This document shows positions 11,480 to 24,150 of a DNA stretch of 64,000 nt, in pieces (the stretch's first letter is position 1; each line of letters opens with the position of its first letter). The position numbers and the translations under genes were made by a program. The notes beneath the pieces are model-generated. The model had not been told where the DNA came from, searched no databases, and was given only the letters and a program-made list of their open reading frames with translations. The DNA comes from Cenococcum geophilum (Eukaryota), in the NCBI GenBank assembly GCA_050273025.1, contig CP158635.1, positions 15,624,001-15,688,000 of the forward strand, in the 5' to 3' direction.

Positions 11480-14400
11480 TTATTTCTAGAATTTAGCTCT
11501 AGAGACCGCCTAATAAGTAGGGAAAGTTGTTTAGGGGAATTTCTATAGTATAGGATCTGTTTTTTTCGCGCCTAAGAACTACTAGGAATAACTATTCTCT
11601 AGCATTTAATATAGCTCCTAGTCTCGCTTTAGGATTAAAGGTAAAGTTTAACAATTAAGGAAGGTTATTTAGAGGAACTTCTATAATATAAGACCCGTTT
11701 TTCTTACGCCCTAGAATAACTAGGAATAATAGTTCTTTTAAATTGGTATTAGAATTAAAAGTAGAGTTTAATAGCGGTTTTCGGGTGCGGCAATTATGTA
11801 TAGGGGATAACTTATATATAGATAGGGAATAGTAAGTCCACTAGAGATAATGCTTTATAGCGCGCTTTAAGTTTAACTAACCGCCGATAGGCGTTAATAG
11901 TTACACTATATACTTATAGACATTATTACCCTCGCCTTTATTATCTATGTCGCTACTATTGTTATTATAATTTTCGGCTTTAGCTAAATCGTTAGCAGGA
12001 TTATAAAGAACTTAATTTAAATAGTTACTAACCTTATTATAGGGTAGTATAGTGTTACAGGGAGAGAAGTACTAAAGGAAAGGGCTAGTAGGTTGCGCAG
12101 TAGAGGCCGCCTAGTTATTAGTATAGTTATAGAGGTTAAGGATAAGACTAGGAGAAAAGGTTTTATAAAAAAGTAATTTTTATTACTTTATAGGCCTAAG
12201 GTTCTTAAAATTATTAAAGCTATAATTAATATTTTTTAGTTACTTAAGCTAATTAAGTCTCCGCTTCTTTAATATTAATAATATACTTCTTAAGTTTGTT
12301 TTCTTACGCCCACCCTTATTAGCTAATAGGTTATCTATATTTATATTTATTAGTCTAGGGTTATAGTAATCGCAGTCTTTATAACTTACTAGCGCCCTTT
12401 ACTTTCCTAGCTTTTAAAGACTCTTAACTAGTAACTAATATTACGGGTTCCTAACTAAGCTGCGAAGTAGTTCTATTATAACGGCTATTAGCTAAGTTAT
12501 CGCTGTCTAGTAATATAGGTTTAGTATAGCTGCATATAGGTATATAGAAGAGCTCTTTTAACGCTTCTAATAAGGGTAACTTATTATTATTATTACTGCT
12601 ATTATTTCTATAATCTTTAGCTTCTAGGTCTAAGTTAGCTATATTATCTTTAATAACTATTAGATCCGCTACTACTTATTAGATATACACAGATACTAAA
12701 AAATAATAGGAAAGTGCTAGGATAAATTACCTTAACTACTTCCCCTACTACCACTTATATCGTAGATATCTTTATCCTCGCTATCCCTGTTATCCTTATT
12801 ATTATTCTTCTTATAATTATATTTAAAATCTATAGACACTTTATTAGGCGGAATATTTAAATTAAGGCCCTATATAGAGTAGAGTACCTAAGAGTAGCAA
12901 AGCTTAATACGCCTTGGGATCGTCTTTTAGGTAAAAATAAGGTCTATTAGACTTCCTCTAAAGTATACCCACGCTTATTATTAGGGCTGTAGGTTATATA
13001 ATACTACTAAGGGGCTTTTAGCTTTTCTTAAGTAGTAGTATAGAAATTAATTAAACGAAATTTCTAAAGAGAAACAGTGTTCGTTGCTATTACTTAAGGG
13101 GAATTACAGGATTTTAAAATACGCGCTAGTCCTACCTTTACCGCTAGCTTTCGCCTATAGCCTAGACTTCTTAACTAGCTAAGGCATCTAATATATGCCG
13201 TTTATAGGGTAAAGGTCTATAATGGCCTAGACCTACTACCTAATTAATACCTTTAGCAAATTATAGTTAGAATAGCGCCCTACCTACGCAGCTAAAATAT
13301 TTAGCTCTAATAAGGCCGTCGTATTGGTATTTCTTAATAAATGGCAGCGCTAACGTATTTACTCCAACCTAATAGAATTAATCTCCCGTATTAATTGTTA
13401 GCTAAATATAAAGCCTAATATATATACGCGTCGCTAGATATCTATAACAGAAGAAAATAGTATCCTTATTAGTGGTAAGCGGAGCCCCCTAATACTAACT
13501 ACTCTGATACGCCTACCGCCCGCATTAAATAATCTAGACCTACTAGCAGCGAGCGGGGCTCTTACTTTAAGACGCCTACTATATATATAATTATCAAATA
13601 ATTTAAGTATACTAGTGGCTCCCTACTAACCCCTCCGCTATTAACACACCTACCCTCTTATATTATTAAGTAATTTAAACCTACTAGCAGTAAGTAAAGC
13701 TCTTAAATACTAATCGCTTTATTACTAGTACGCCTACCGCCTATATAATTAAGTAACCTACTAGTAGTAAGCGGGACCCTCTAATGCTAATTACTCTATT
13801 ACTAGCACGTCTGCTAGCTATACTAAGTAATTTAAACCTACTATATAGCGAGCGAGGCTCTATTAAGTGACCCAAATATATTAATAGTAGGCGGTATAGA
13901 ATACTGCGTAATACTTACCCTTCTAATATAGACTGGCTAGTATTAATCCTTTATAGTTATATACTCTAACCTAAAAGACTAGACCTTTACCGCTTAAACG
14001 TTTTGTAAGTAGTAAGGTAGCTAAATAGTCCTTTACGCCTAAGTCTATAGACTATACAGTATCCTTAAAATGCCCGTTTTAATACAACCGTATAAATAGA
14101 TAGGTATGCGTATATAGCTACCTAAAAAGCTACTTATAAGGTCTAGTTCTAATAGCCTAGTAGGGTATAGTCGCTTAAATATTTAGCTAGGTTTTTACTA
14201 AGTAACTTAGTAGCATATCCTTATAATATAGGTAGCTTTGACTATTAGCGGACACTAAAGCTATTAGCTCTATACGATATATCCTAGGAAAAAAGAGCGC
14301 GTAATTAAATTATATAACGTATGCTTAACCCAGTAAAGAAGGCAGGGCGAGGTAGTACGCCTATCTATCCCTACCTAGGAAGGGTATATAAACGACTACG

Positions 14401-14700
14401 GAGTAGTCTTAATTAGGAATTAAAAGGAGAAAGGTAAGAGAGAAAGTAAAATTGTAAGGATATATACGCGCTAAAAGGACAGAGGTAGCACTAAAAAAAC
14501 TTAATAAGCATTAGAAAGTTGCTAATACTAAAGGCTAAAGTTAGGAGAGGCTAAAGGAAAGGCCGTAATTAACTATATTAATTATTAGTTAAAGATATAA
14601 AATAGATACTTATATATATATTAGCGCTAAGGGGCGAATATATTTTAATGCGACGGTAATGAGTAATAAGAAGAGGGGGAGGCGCGGTATAAAAAAAGAT
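11480..14700 (-). pseudogene. Unknown-family gene, copy A (paralogue of 52050-55433)
   Basis: Collinear nucleotide blocks are shared with 52050-55433: gaaaggccgtaattaactatattaattattagt (14557 vs 55287), agggctagtagg..agaggccgc (12081 vs 52675) and cgcttctttaa (12323 vs 52886). Confidence 0.75.
13470..13862. repeat. Degenerate ~65-80 bp tandem repeats inside unknown gene copy A
   Basis: Recurring acctactagcagcgagcggggctc...acgcctaccgcc...aagtaatttaa unit, about 5-6 copies. Confidence 0.75.
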
Positions 14701-14949
14701 AAGGATAAGAAGAAAATAAGGCCCTTTAAGGTAAAGATTGGGGGTCTTAACGGAGCTAAGGTTCGCTAAGTTCTTATAGACTAACCGCTCCTTACTAACA
14801 AATTCTCTACTTTATAGGGGATAGCCGTATATACGTACTTTCCCTACCCTATAACCAAATTCTACTATAGGGCGTCTAATTTATAAGATAATCCTTATAT
14901 AAGACAAACTTCGCGAATATTATCTCCTCTACATTACTATCTTTTAGCT

Positions 14950-17821
14950 AACTTTTACTTTTAGAGCTATTTTTCTTTCTTAAAGGAGGCAAGTAAAAAA
15001 TAATAAAATTTAGCTTAAAAGATTATTAATTAATTTTTATTTAATAATACTAGACTAGCTAGTACTATAGTTCCACATTAATATCTATTTCCTTTTTTAT
15101 CGCTCTAATCTTTACTAGTATTTAATTTCTTCTCTTTTTACCTATTTTTATATCTTTTTCTATCTCTATATATAATTCGTTAAGCCCTCCTTTTAGTATT
15201 TCTAATATACTGTCCTCTAGATATTTATACTCCCCTAAACCATTAAGAAACCCTTTTAACGTTTCTTTAGTATTTTATAATGCAATTTTAGGATCTCTAT
15301 ACCCTATTAATATTAGAACTACTTTAGTACTACTATACTAGAACTTACTTAGATTTATTCTTTTCTTTTCCCTATTCTTTTTTTTCTTTTTTTTATTCTC
15401 CTTTTTCTTCTTCTCCTCTTTATTCTTTTTCTTCTTTACCTTTTTTTTTTTCTTCTTCTCCTTTTCCTTTCTTTCCTTTTCCTTCTCCTTTTCCTTCTCC
15501 TTTTCCTTCCTTTCCTTTTCCTTCTTTTTCTTTTCCTTTTTCTTCTCCTTCTTCTTTTTCTCCTTTTTCTTATCCTTTCCTTTCTTCTCTTTTTTTTTTC
15601 TTTCTTTCCCTTTTTTTTTTAGCTTTCTTTTCTTTCCCTAATTCTATTAGCTTCTTATACTTTACTACTAGGGAATTTTCCTTACCCTTTATTGCTTCCC
15701 CGTCCTTATTATCTTCTTTATTATTCTTATTATCCTTATTACCTAAGTTATCTAAGTTATCTAAGTCGTTTAAGTCGCTATTCTCTTCTTCCTCTAATAA
15801 TTTATCTAATAAGGAGTTATCCTTATTATCCCTAAAGGAGGACAAGCCTAAGTTATCCTTATTGCCCTTATTATCTAAATCTAAGTTACTATCTTCTTCC
15901 TTCTCTAATAACTTATCTAATAAGGAGTTATCCCTAGAGGTAGAGTTATTAGAGTTATCCTTAGAGGAAGATAAGTCTAAGTTATCTAAGTTATTCCTAA
16001 AGGAAGATAAGTCTAAGTTATCTAAGTTATCTAAGTTATCCCTCTTTTTAAATTTCCTCTTACTTATCCGCTTCTCCCCCCCTATTAGCATCTATTACTT
16101 TCTAGTATATTTTAGTATACTATTAGGCTCTAGTTACTTCGCCTTCTTCTAATACCCCTCTAATTCCCTATTAATAAGTCCTAATCCGTACTTATTGTAT
16201 AATACGGTCCTTAAAAACTACCTCTTTACGCCCTTTACCTTAATATATATAGCCGTAATTGGTATATTAGTGTAATAGGGTGCGTTATTTTAACTTTTAA
16301 GAAGACATAACCTTTTAGGCTTAATTCTCTATCCATTAATACTATACCTTTAATAGTAATGCTTATAAAGGGGACATCCTTAATATACTTCTTTATGCCT
16401 TTTATAATTAGCTTAGAGTATTTATCCTTATAGATTTGTAAAATCCCCTTACCGAATCTTCCGCTTATAATAAACATATACCTTTTATAACCGTTAAATA
16501 TCTTTAGATGCTAGATTAAGAGCTAATAGCCGCTATAACTTACCTTTTACTAGCCCCTAAGCTACTACTATTAGCTATTTAACGAGACTTAACCTCGCTT
16601 CTTTGTCGCTGCTAAAGGTTTAAAAGTTTTATTAGTGTTATCTTTAGTAGCCTTTATATAATCCTTCTTTTTTCCTTTCTTCTTCTTTACTTCCTTTTTT
16701 CCCTTCTTCCCTTTCTTCTTTTTCTTCTTCTTTTTCTTCTTTTTTTCCTTCCCCTTTTTCTTCTTCCCCTTATCTTTCTTAGCTTTTTTCTTCTTTATAA
16801 ATAGGTCCGATTATAAAACGCCTACTACTCCACCTACTATTTTTTAAGAATATTATCGTTAAGAGTAAGGGTAAAAGGAAGAAAGTTTAGAAGATCCTTT
16901 CTTTATTCTCTATACTAAGCTACTAGTAATTTAGTATTAATTATATCTAGGTAGTTTTTCGCTATCCCTATACCAAAATTATCTAGTTCTCCTTTTATTA
17001 TATATATAAGTATATTTCTTAAATCCTTTAGTAATAGAAGAACTGTCCTATAATAAACAGTGCCTAAGAGTTTATAGCAGTTATATACTTTATTATATTT
17101 AATAGCTTCTTAATTTACTTTTCTTAGGTTATTAAAAGTTATAGAGTTATCTCTAATAACACCTCGCCAAAAAATAGGAACTAACTTTTTATTTTAGTGG
17201 TTAGTATAAAATTCACTAACTTAATTAGGATTAAAATTATTATCTTTTATTTCTTAATCTCCGTCCTTATCTATTGTTAGATCTTATAGCGTAGTTAAGG
17301 ACTTACTACGGCTAAACCCATTATTTAGCTCTGGCCTCTTTATACCTTTTTTTTTACTACTAGAAGAATAGTTAAAGTTAATTAAACCCTTCTTAGGGGT
17401 CCAATTCTTTATTTCTTTAACATATTCACTTAGAATATTAAGTTTTTTAGCAACGTTTATAATAACTATACAAAAGTTAGTCGTATATTATATATATATT
17501 AAACTCTATACTTTAAAGAGCCTTATCGCCATTATTTACGCCACTCCGCTTTAGATATACTTCCTATACTACCTTCCGCCATACTTATATTTTCTAAATA
17601 GGACTTAGGTTGTCGCCCTTCTTAAGTTAAATAAATTTTAGTAGACTGGCATCGTTATCACTCTACTTAAGAATTTTGTTAATCTTATTCTGGCGTATTT
17701 GGTTTTCTTATTTAGGTTTAGCTAGTTTTTTAGCCCTATCTCCCTTTCTCTATTACTTCTTTTAGAGATTATTATTAGGGAATAGGGTCGCTTATAGAGT
17801 AGGGGGCGCGCTATTAGCCAT
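14950..17821 (-). pseudogene. Unknown gene with Lys/Glu-rich and Asp/Ser-rich low-complexity tracts
   Basis: ATG at 17821 (MANSAPPTL...). Purine-rich KE tracts at 15350-15640 and 16660-16800, and a DN/SD tract at 15700-16050. ORFs 15570-16091 and 16235-16477 are pieces of it. Confidence 0.55.
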
Positions 17822-20800
17822 TTTTAATAAATTAACGCTAGTACCTAATAATAAATTTCTAAAGATTTAAATAAAAGGAAACTACCCTTTTATATTTACC
17901 TTAATTATATATAGTGGCATATATTTAGACTCTAGTAATTATATATAGACACTACTATATATAATTTATATCTATTTTAGTAAATTAGGAGGAGGTATAG
18001 GCCTTAAAACTAAGGTGGCGTTTTATTAAACATAGGGTAGTATTAGCCCTTTTAATCACGTTTATATAGAGGGTCTTAAATATACTTAATACGTAATTTA
18101 AATTAAATAATTTACTATCTATAGAAGTTGCCTTTATTACTTACATTGCTAGCAAATCACTATATTATTTAAAGACACTATATTACGGCTAGTTTTAAAG
18201 CATAAAGTAGGCAAATATAGAATTTTAAACTATATAAAGAAATATCTTCTAAAGCCTCCCCAACCTAACTAGGATATTAAATCGAGTTAACTAGGATCTA
18301 AGTCAATGGGAAATCTTATATAAAGGCGAGGTATAAAATACCTAAAAGAGTCTCTTAAGCCATCTCATTATCTAAATATTACTGGATTTGCACCTACTGC
18401 AATAAAACAACTACTTTAAGCTTAGCGATCCTCGCTTATTTCCTTTTATTCTCTAAAATAATATCTTATATTTTAAATAGCTTATCGGATTAATTTTATT
18501 CCCTAATATCTTAAAATATCTTTCTAAGTCGTTTAGCCGTCGCGGTCACGCGACTTAATTACTTTTAGTAATTATTAAGCCTCCTTTTTAACTCTTTTCT
18601 AGCTTTATAGGCTTCTTATTACTCCTTACGTTTCTAATTTTAAATCTAGGAAATTGCTATCCGATTATAAGAAACTTAAGTTTCCAGACTATAAATATAT
18701 TATATTATCTATTGCTCTTTAATAAAAAAGTCCCTAAGGAAGTTCTAATCCGAGCGCCTATTATATATCTTATAGTGCTAGTAATATCTAGGGTCCTATA
18801 ATTATTAATACTTAAGTAGTTTTTTTCTACTAGAGGTATACTACTAAGCCACAGCACTAGCTTTTATCCTTATAGTTAGTATAATAGGTTGCGTTATTTA
18901 TATTTCTAGAGTATAATACAATTCTAGAATAAAGGCTTCCTATACTAGTATATAAATCAACATTTTAATTATAAACTACTGCTAATTATAGGTTATGTCC
19001 GTTTTATTATAGTATGCAGGAGAGGTATAAGCATATATTACCCTAGCACAACCGCTAAGCGCTAATTACTTACCATTAAAAGAAAAATCTGTATATACGC
19101 GTACATTTCTACTAAAATTACTATTAAATACCGCCTGCCTTAAAATCAAAGAGCCACCCATTCTAAAATTATATACAGCGCTAGATAAAACCATTTTATG
19201 CCACCCTACTATTAACGTTGCTACTTTACTAACTTAGAAGGGAATGGAATAATAATATAGTTTATACTAGATCTAGCTTGTGCCTCCTTACTAAGTTAAT
19301 AGCTATAGGTGCGTAAAACTATAGGGGTTAGGGGAGGAAAGGTAATTCCTAGTCCTATATTCTGTATTAAACCGCATAATAAGTAAAAAGTTAGGAGTCC
19401 TCTCTACAATTTACCTACCGTATCGGTAGCCCCTTTTTAGTTTACTTACTTATATCTAACCTTATAGCTACTCTATAGGCATGGGAGGAGATCTACTGTT
19501 TAAACTTTTTTAAACTTTTAGTTCTTCTTAGGATTTCAGTTCTTCTTAGGATTTTAGTTTAGGCGTTTCTACTATAACTTAATTACTAACTTTATTTAAG
19601 GTAAACCGGTAGTCTTTCCGTTAAAGGCTGTTATAAGCTTAGACTAGGAGAAAGGGGGTAATATAGCCCGGAGTTTATAAAGAAGGTTTTTATTATCTAG
19701 TAACCAACCCTCTAACTAAGTAACAGCCTTTATAGTAGATAACTTTATAGGTAATAAGTTAAGAAAATAAGGGGTTAAATTATAAGCATTTTAAAGGACG
19801 GTCTTTTAAATCTACGTTCTGAATTAAATAAATATTAATCGGTAAGTTTTTAAGCTAATACTAGAATACTAACGGAATAGTAGGTAGTAAAGAGCGGCGT
19901 AGGCGCAGTAGGTAATAATGGACCATATATATCTGCTAATTAGCTAGCCACTTTATATAGCTCCTAGTATAACTAGCTAAACGCTTTACACGTATTAGCT
20001 TCTAGAGAATAATCACCAGAACTAACTCTAGAACTCGCACCTATAGCATTACTATCCGAAGTTAATTAGGCGTTTTACGCCTATAGTATTACCGGACTCT
20101 TTATATATTATAAAACACCATAATTAATCGGGCGCTCCGCGAAGTTCAACCGTTAGCTAGATTGCCTTAGACGCTCTACGCTTACTAAGCGCTAGGGTTT
20201 TTAACTTAAGGCAGTATTAACGCTAAAAAGATACCTAGCTTTATAATTACTTAAAGATAAAGAGCACCTACGCAGCAAGACTAACATCCTTTTACTTAAA
20301 CTCTATTAATCCTTTTCTACGAGGCTGTATCCTACTATAACTAGCTATAACTCTCTAGCGGATAATAAATACTAGGAGAGAATTATAAATAAAATTCTAG
20401 AGATAGATTAGGGTTCTATTAAAATCGATCCTCTTAACCTTAATAATATTTAGTTTTTAAACAACCTAGATATAGCTATACTGTAACACTCTAATATATT
20501 TTAGTAACCTTTTAGCTAGGGGGCTATACTAGAACAGCTGCAGCCTAATTAAGGAGACTAGAATAAGTAAAGATGTTAGCCTAATTTAGATCTGGGCCTT
20601 ATATGCATATATATTAGCCCGGAATTATTAGCTAAGACCTATATATTAATAGGTTTTAAGCTATCTAACGTCTATATACTGGCATAAGAGCTTTAAAAAA
20701 AGTAAGTTTTAGATTATTAAGAAAAATTACTTTACTAATATTGCTTAGATAAGAGCTAATAGCTAAGTAGGTAAAATTAGATAGATTACATCTTTATCTA

Positions 20801-22999
20801 AACTAATTATTAATAACAGACGGCTTAATTATCTTAACAATTATATAGCCGAGATGCAAGTATAGGCATTCTCTATTAGTGCAAGAATTAGGGAGTTAAA
20901 GGAGGCATTAAATAGTGGAAGTAATGGTAGTGAAGGTTGATAATTGGCTAGGTACCGAAATTTAGCACTAGATATTCTAATAGAGTCTTAATATATAGCT
21001 TTTATAGTACTTTTAAAAACTTATTAATCCCTTATTTATATTGCGAAGCCTTTTCCTAATAATAAATAGCAGCTTTCCTTATTAAACGGCATTTCCGCTA
21101 TAGTTCTATAATTTTAATATTTAAATTACTAAGCCCTTTATTAACTCCGTTGCTTTTTTACTACTTTCTTCTAGCTTCTATATTCCGTAGTTCTCTTATA
21201 CCTAACCCTTAACTCCTAATTTTATGGGTTAGATATCTATAGGAATTAAATTCTTTCTAGAAACTATTAGCTTATATTAAATAGTATTAGTAGTTTTATA
21301 CCTCTATAGTTTTAGTTCTTATAGCTCTAATAGTGTTTCTAATACCTAAGCATAGATCCTAATACGCTATAATAGAATGTTTGCTTAAGTGTTTTTTAAA
21401 GAGGTGTTATTTCTTAGGGGTTAGCTGCTATTAGTAAGGGTTATTATCTCTAGTAATAAGCCTTACTTCGTTTAGGGAAATAACTATATTAAGCTTATCT
21501 TCTGCTTACAGCCTAAGTAGATTACTTAAAATAAAAAGATGGCTAATATACTTAAATATTACGCTAATTATAAACGGCACCGCTGTCTCTATCGTGCTTT
21601 ATTTTCCTAGTAGAGTTTTAGAGAAAAGTTTGCAATTATATATAACTATACTAAAATTAAAATTTCTATTTTTAGTATCTTAATTCTCTTATAACTTTTA
21701 CTTTGAGTAAAAAAGTGCGCTAGAAACCTCTTTATATACCTTATATAGAACGCGATTAATACTCCCTTTAGGGTTATTTCTTTATTAACTATAAACTTAG
21801 GTTTTTATAGTAAAATAACCGCTCTCTTTACTTTCCACTAAAATATAGCGTCTAACTTAAGTGTAGTATATATAATGCTAAATAGATATGCCGGTTAACC
21901 AGTATTAGCTTTATAGAAAGTCTACTTTATCTAACTAGCTCGTCTAAAGTTTGCTAAAGTAGCGGCAAGCTATAGAACTTGCTTTTATTAGATGCGACCT
22001 ATTATATAGGGCACGGCATAGCCAGTTTAAAGAATGGCGTATTATAATGAAAAGTTATTAGGAAATAGACCCCGCTTTTCTAATACTAAACCTATAGGGT
22101 AAGCGGTAGCAATATAGGTATAATAGTCTATACCCAATTTTCCAGCCTAGCATTGTCTTATTATTTATAGCAATAGTAACACTATACGGGCTTTATTATG
22201 GCCTTATTAATTCCTTTTAGTATCTTAGTCTAGCTTAATCTTAAAATTTTTATATTATGTCTCGTAGGAATAAATCTCTTAAGTCCGCCAAATTATACTA
22301 GGGGTAGTCTTCGCTTTATAGGCGTAGCGGGTTTATATACTGCAATATAGAGCTAGGCTATTAAAGACTACTAAAGTGGCTATAGTAAGGTTAAACTTTA
22401 TCATTTTACGTGTAGAGGTCGGGGTATTTACATTATCTAATTATTCTATATACTACTTCTATCTCTTTAAAAGTTAACTATTATATAAGATTTGCCTAGA
22501 GCCGCTAGGGCTAGTATATATTGGCATTATAAAAGCTTAGTAACCTTAAAGCTAAGGAAGCAAACGCTATCCTATCTATTTAATTTAGAATTAATCTTTT
22601 CTAAAAATGGAAAAAGTCCTAGCTACTTTATACGGCAACTCTTTTATACAATCCTAACGCTAAGTAATTTAGATCCTATATCTTAGCCCTTTTGTAGGCT
22701 AGCTATTACTAGGACAATCTAGGAAATTTTACGTAATTATACCTTAATGCAGCTTCTAAGATTAAGGTATAGGGCCTATACGCACTTACTTCTCTCCCAC
22801 GCCTAAGAATAATATTATAATAGTTGCGGTTATAGCAAACTCTCTTAAACTTACTTAAAGCTTTTAAACGCTTAACTTAAGTACACATAGTCCCCTTTAT
22901 TATACCCCTATTAGCATTAATTTAAGCACAGTCTACCTAGCCTAAAGGGCTCTAACTTAGGTTAATCATTATAAAGCTATAGAAAATTATCTCTTGCCT

Positions 23000-24150
23000 T
23001 AAGCATACCAGCCTTAAACATGCTAGCCTTAAGCGGAAACGTAAAAAAAGTGCTAAACTTTTAGCACCTATAAAGGCTAGAAGAGATAAAGCTAGAGAAG
23101 AGCCTAATAATAGACTAAAGGAGTCTTATAAATATTAGGAGTATATAGGTTCTAGCCAATTTAATACTATTAATATAAGCCATCTTATATAAATAATTTA
23201 AATAATTATAAAAAGAGATCTAGCCTTATAGAAAATTGGCTATTTTAAAGTCTCGGTTCCGCTAGACGCGCTCTTTACTTACTTAAAATCTATAGAAGGC
23301 TAAATTATAGGGAAGTATAGTGCCCCCTTAAACTTTAATTATGCGGCTTATACAATACGGCCTTTACGCACTAAGGAGGTTATAGACTATGCTATATGCA
23401 ACCTTATATACTAGGCGTCTTCCAATTAATAAAAAGATAAGTTTAGGATCCTAAGGATTCTTTTTTATTAACCGTCTACCGCTATAAACCTATTTTACGC
23501 TACCAAAATCTAAAACAAAACCCTCCCGTACTTAATTTACCCTACCTCTACTAGCGGAAAACGGGAAACAATTAGCTTAGGTAGTAAGTTACTTCTTAAC
23601 TATAGGACTTAACTTAATAAGACAAAGGTAAAAATCCCTAGGATACATTTACTATACGCATATATTAGTAGTTCTTAGAATACGCCGGCAACTATATATA
23701 TAGAAGATGCTAGACTTAGCTCTATAAATCTTGTTTACGCTAGAGCCCCTAAGTCTTAGTTAATAGTCTCCCCTAACAATACGTACTAGTTAGAAGATAG
23801 AATTAAGGAGGTTTTTAGCTTTTAAAAGCGAAAATTAAACTTTAAGGTGCAGAAGTTAGCCTACTTCTAATTTATCCGGTATATAGATCTTATACTATAT
23901 AAGGAGTTACTTAATCTCTAGTATATTCGCTATAAAATTACCTATTACTAGTCTAGGGAAATGGTTATTACGTTGCCGTATATATACTATTAAATTTTAA
24001 ATAATAGAGTTAATATTGCTAAAGCTATTAACTTCGCACTTAAGGAGGACTAGGAACTTCCTCCTAACTATTGGTTCTATAGCAAAAAATATAGCTAGGC
24101 TCCTATTACGGAGAACGACCTTAGTATTATTAAAGGCGGGCCGCCTAAGA
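23000..24150 (+). pseudogene. JmjC-domain (histone demethylase-like 2OG/Fe dioxygenase) gene
   Basis: 23635-23775 reads IPRIHLLYAYISSS*NTPATIYIEDARLSSINLVYARAPKS*LIVSP, de-RIP IPGIHSPYAY...TMHxEDAGLGSVNLVYAGAPKSWL. It is followed by *SREMVITLPYIYY*ILNNRVNIAKAINFA (GEMVITLP..YHQ..N.G.NIAEAINFA). The gene may extend to ~26000. Confidence 0.88.

Noticed and set aside
15862..16152. 96-aa Leu/Ser/Lys ORF on the plus strand
   Set aside because: Antisense of a low-complexity tract of the minus-strand pseudogene.
22310..22350. FAD-binding GxGxxG motif (FIGVAGLYTA)
   Set aside because: The first glycine is missing and no other flavoprotein motifs are recoverable.
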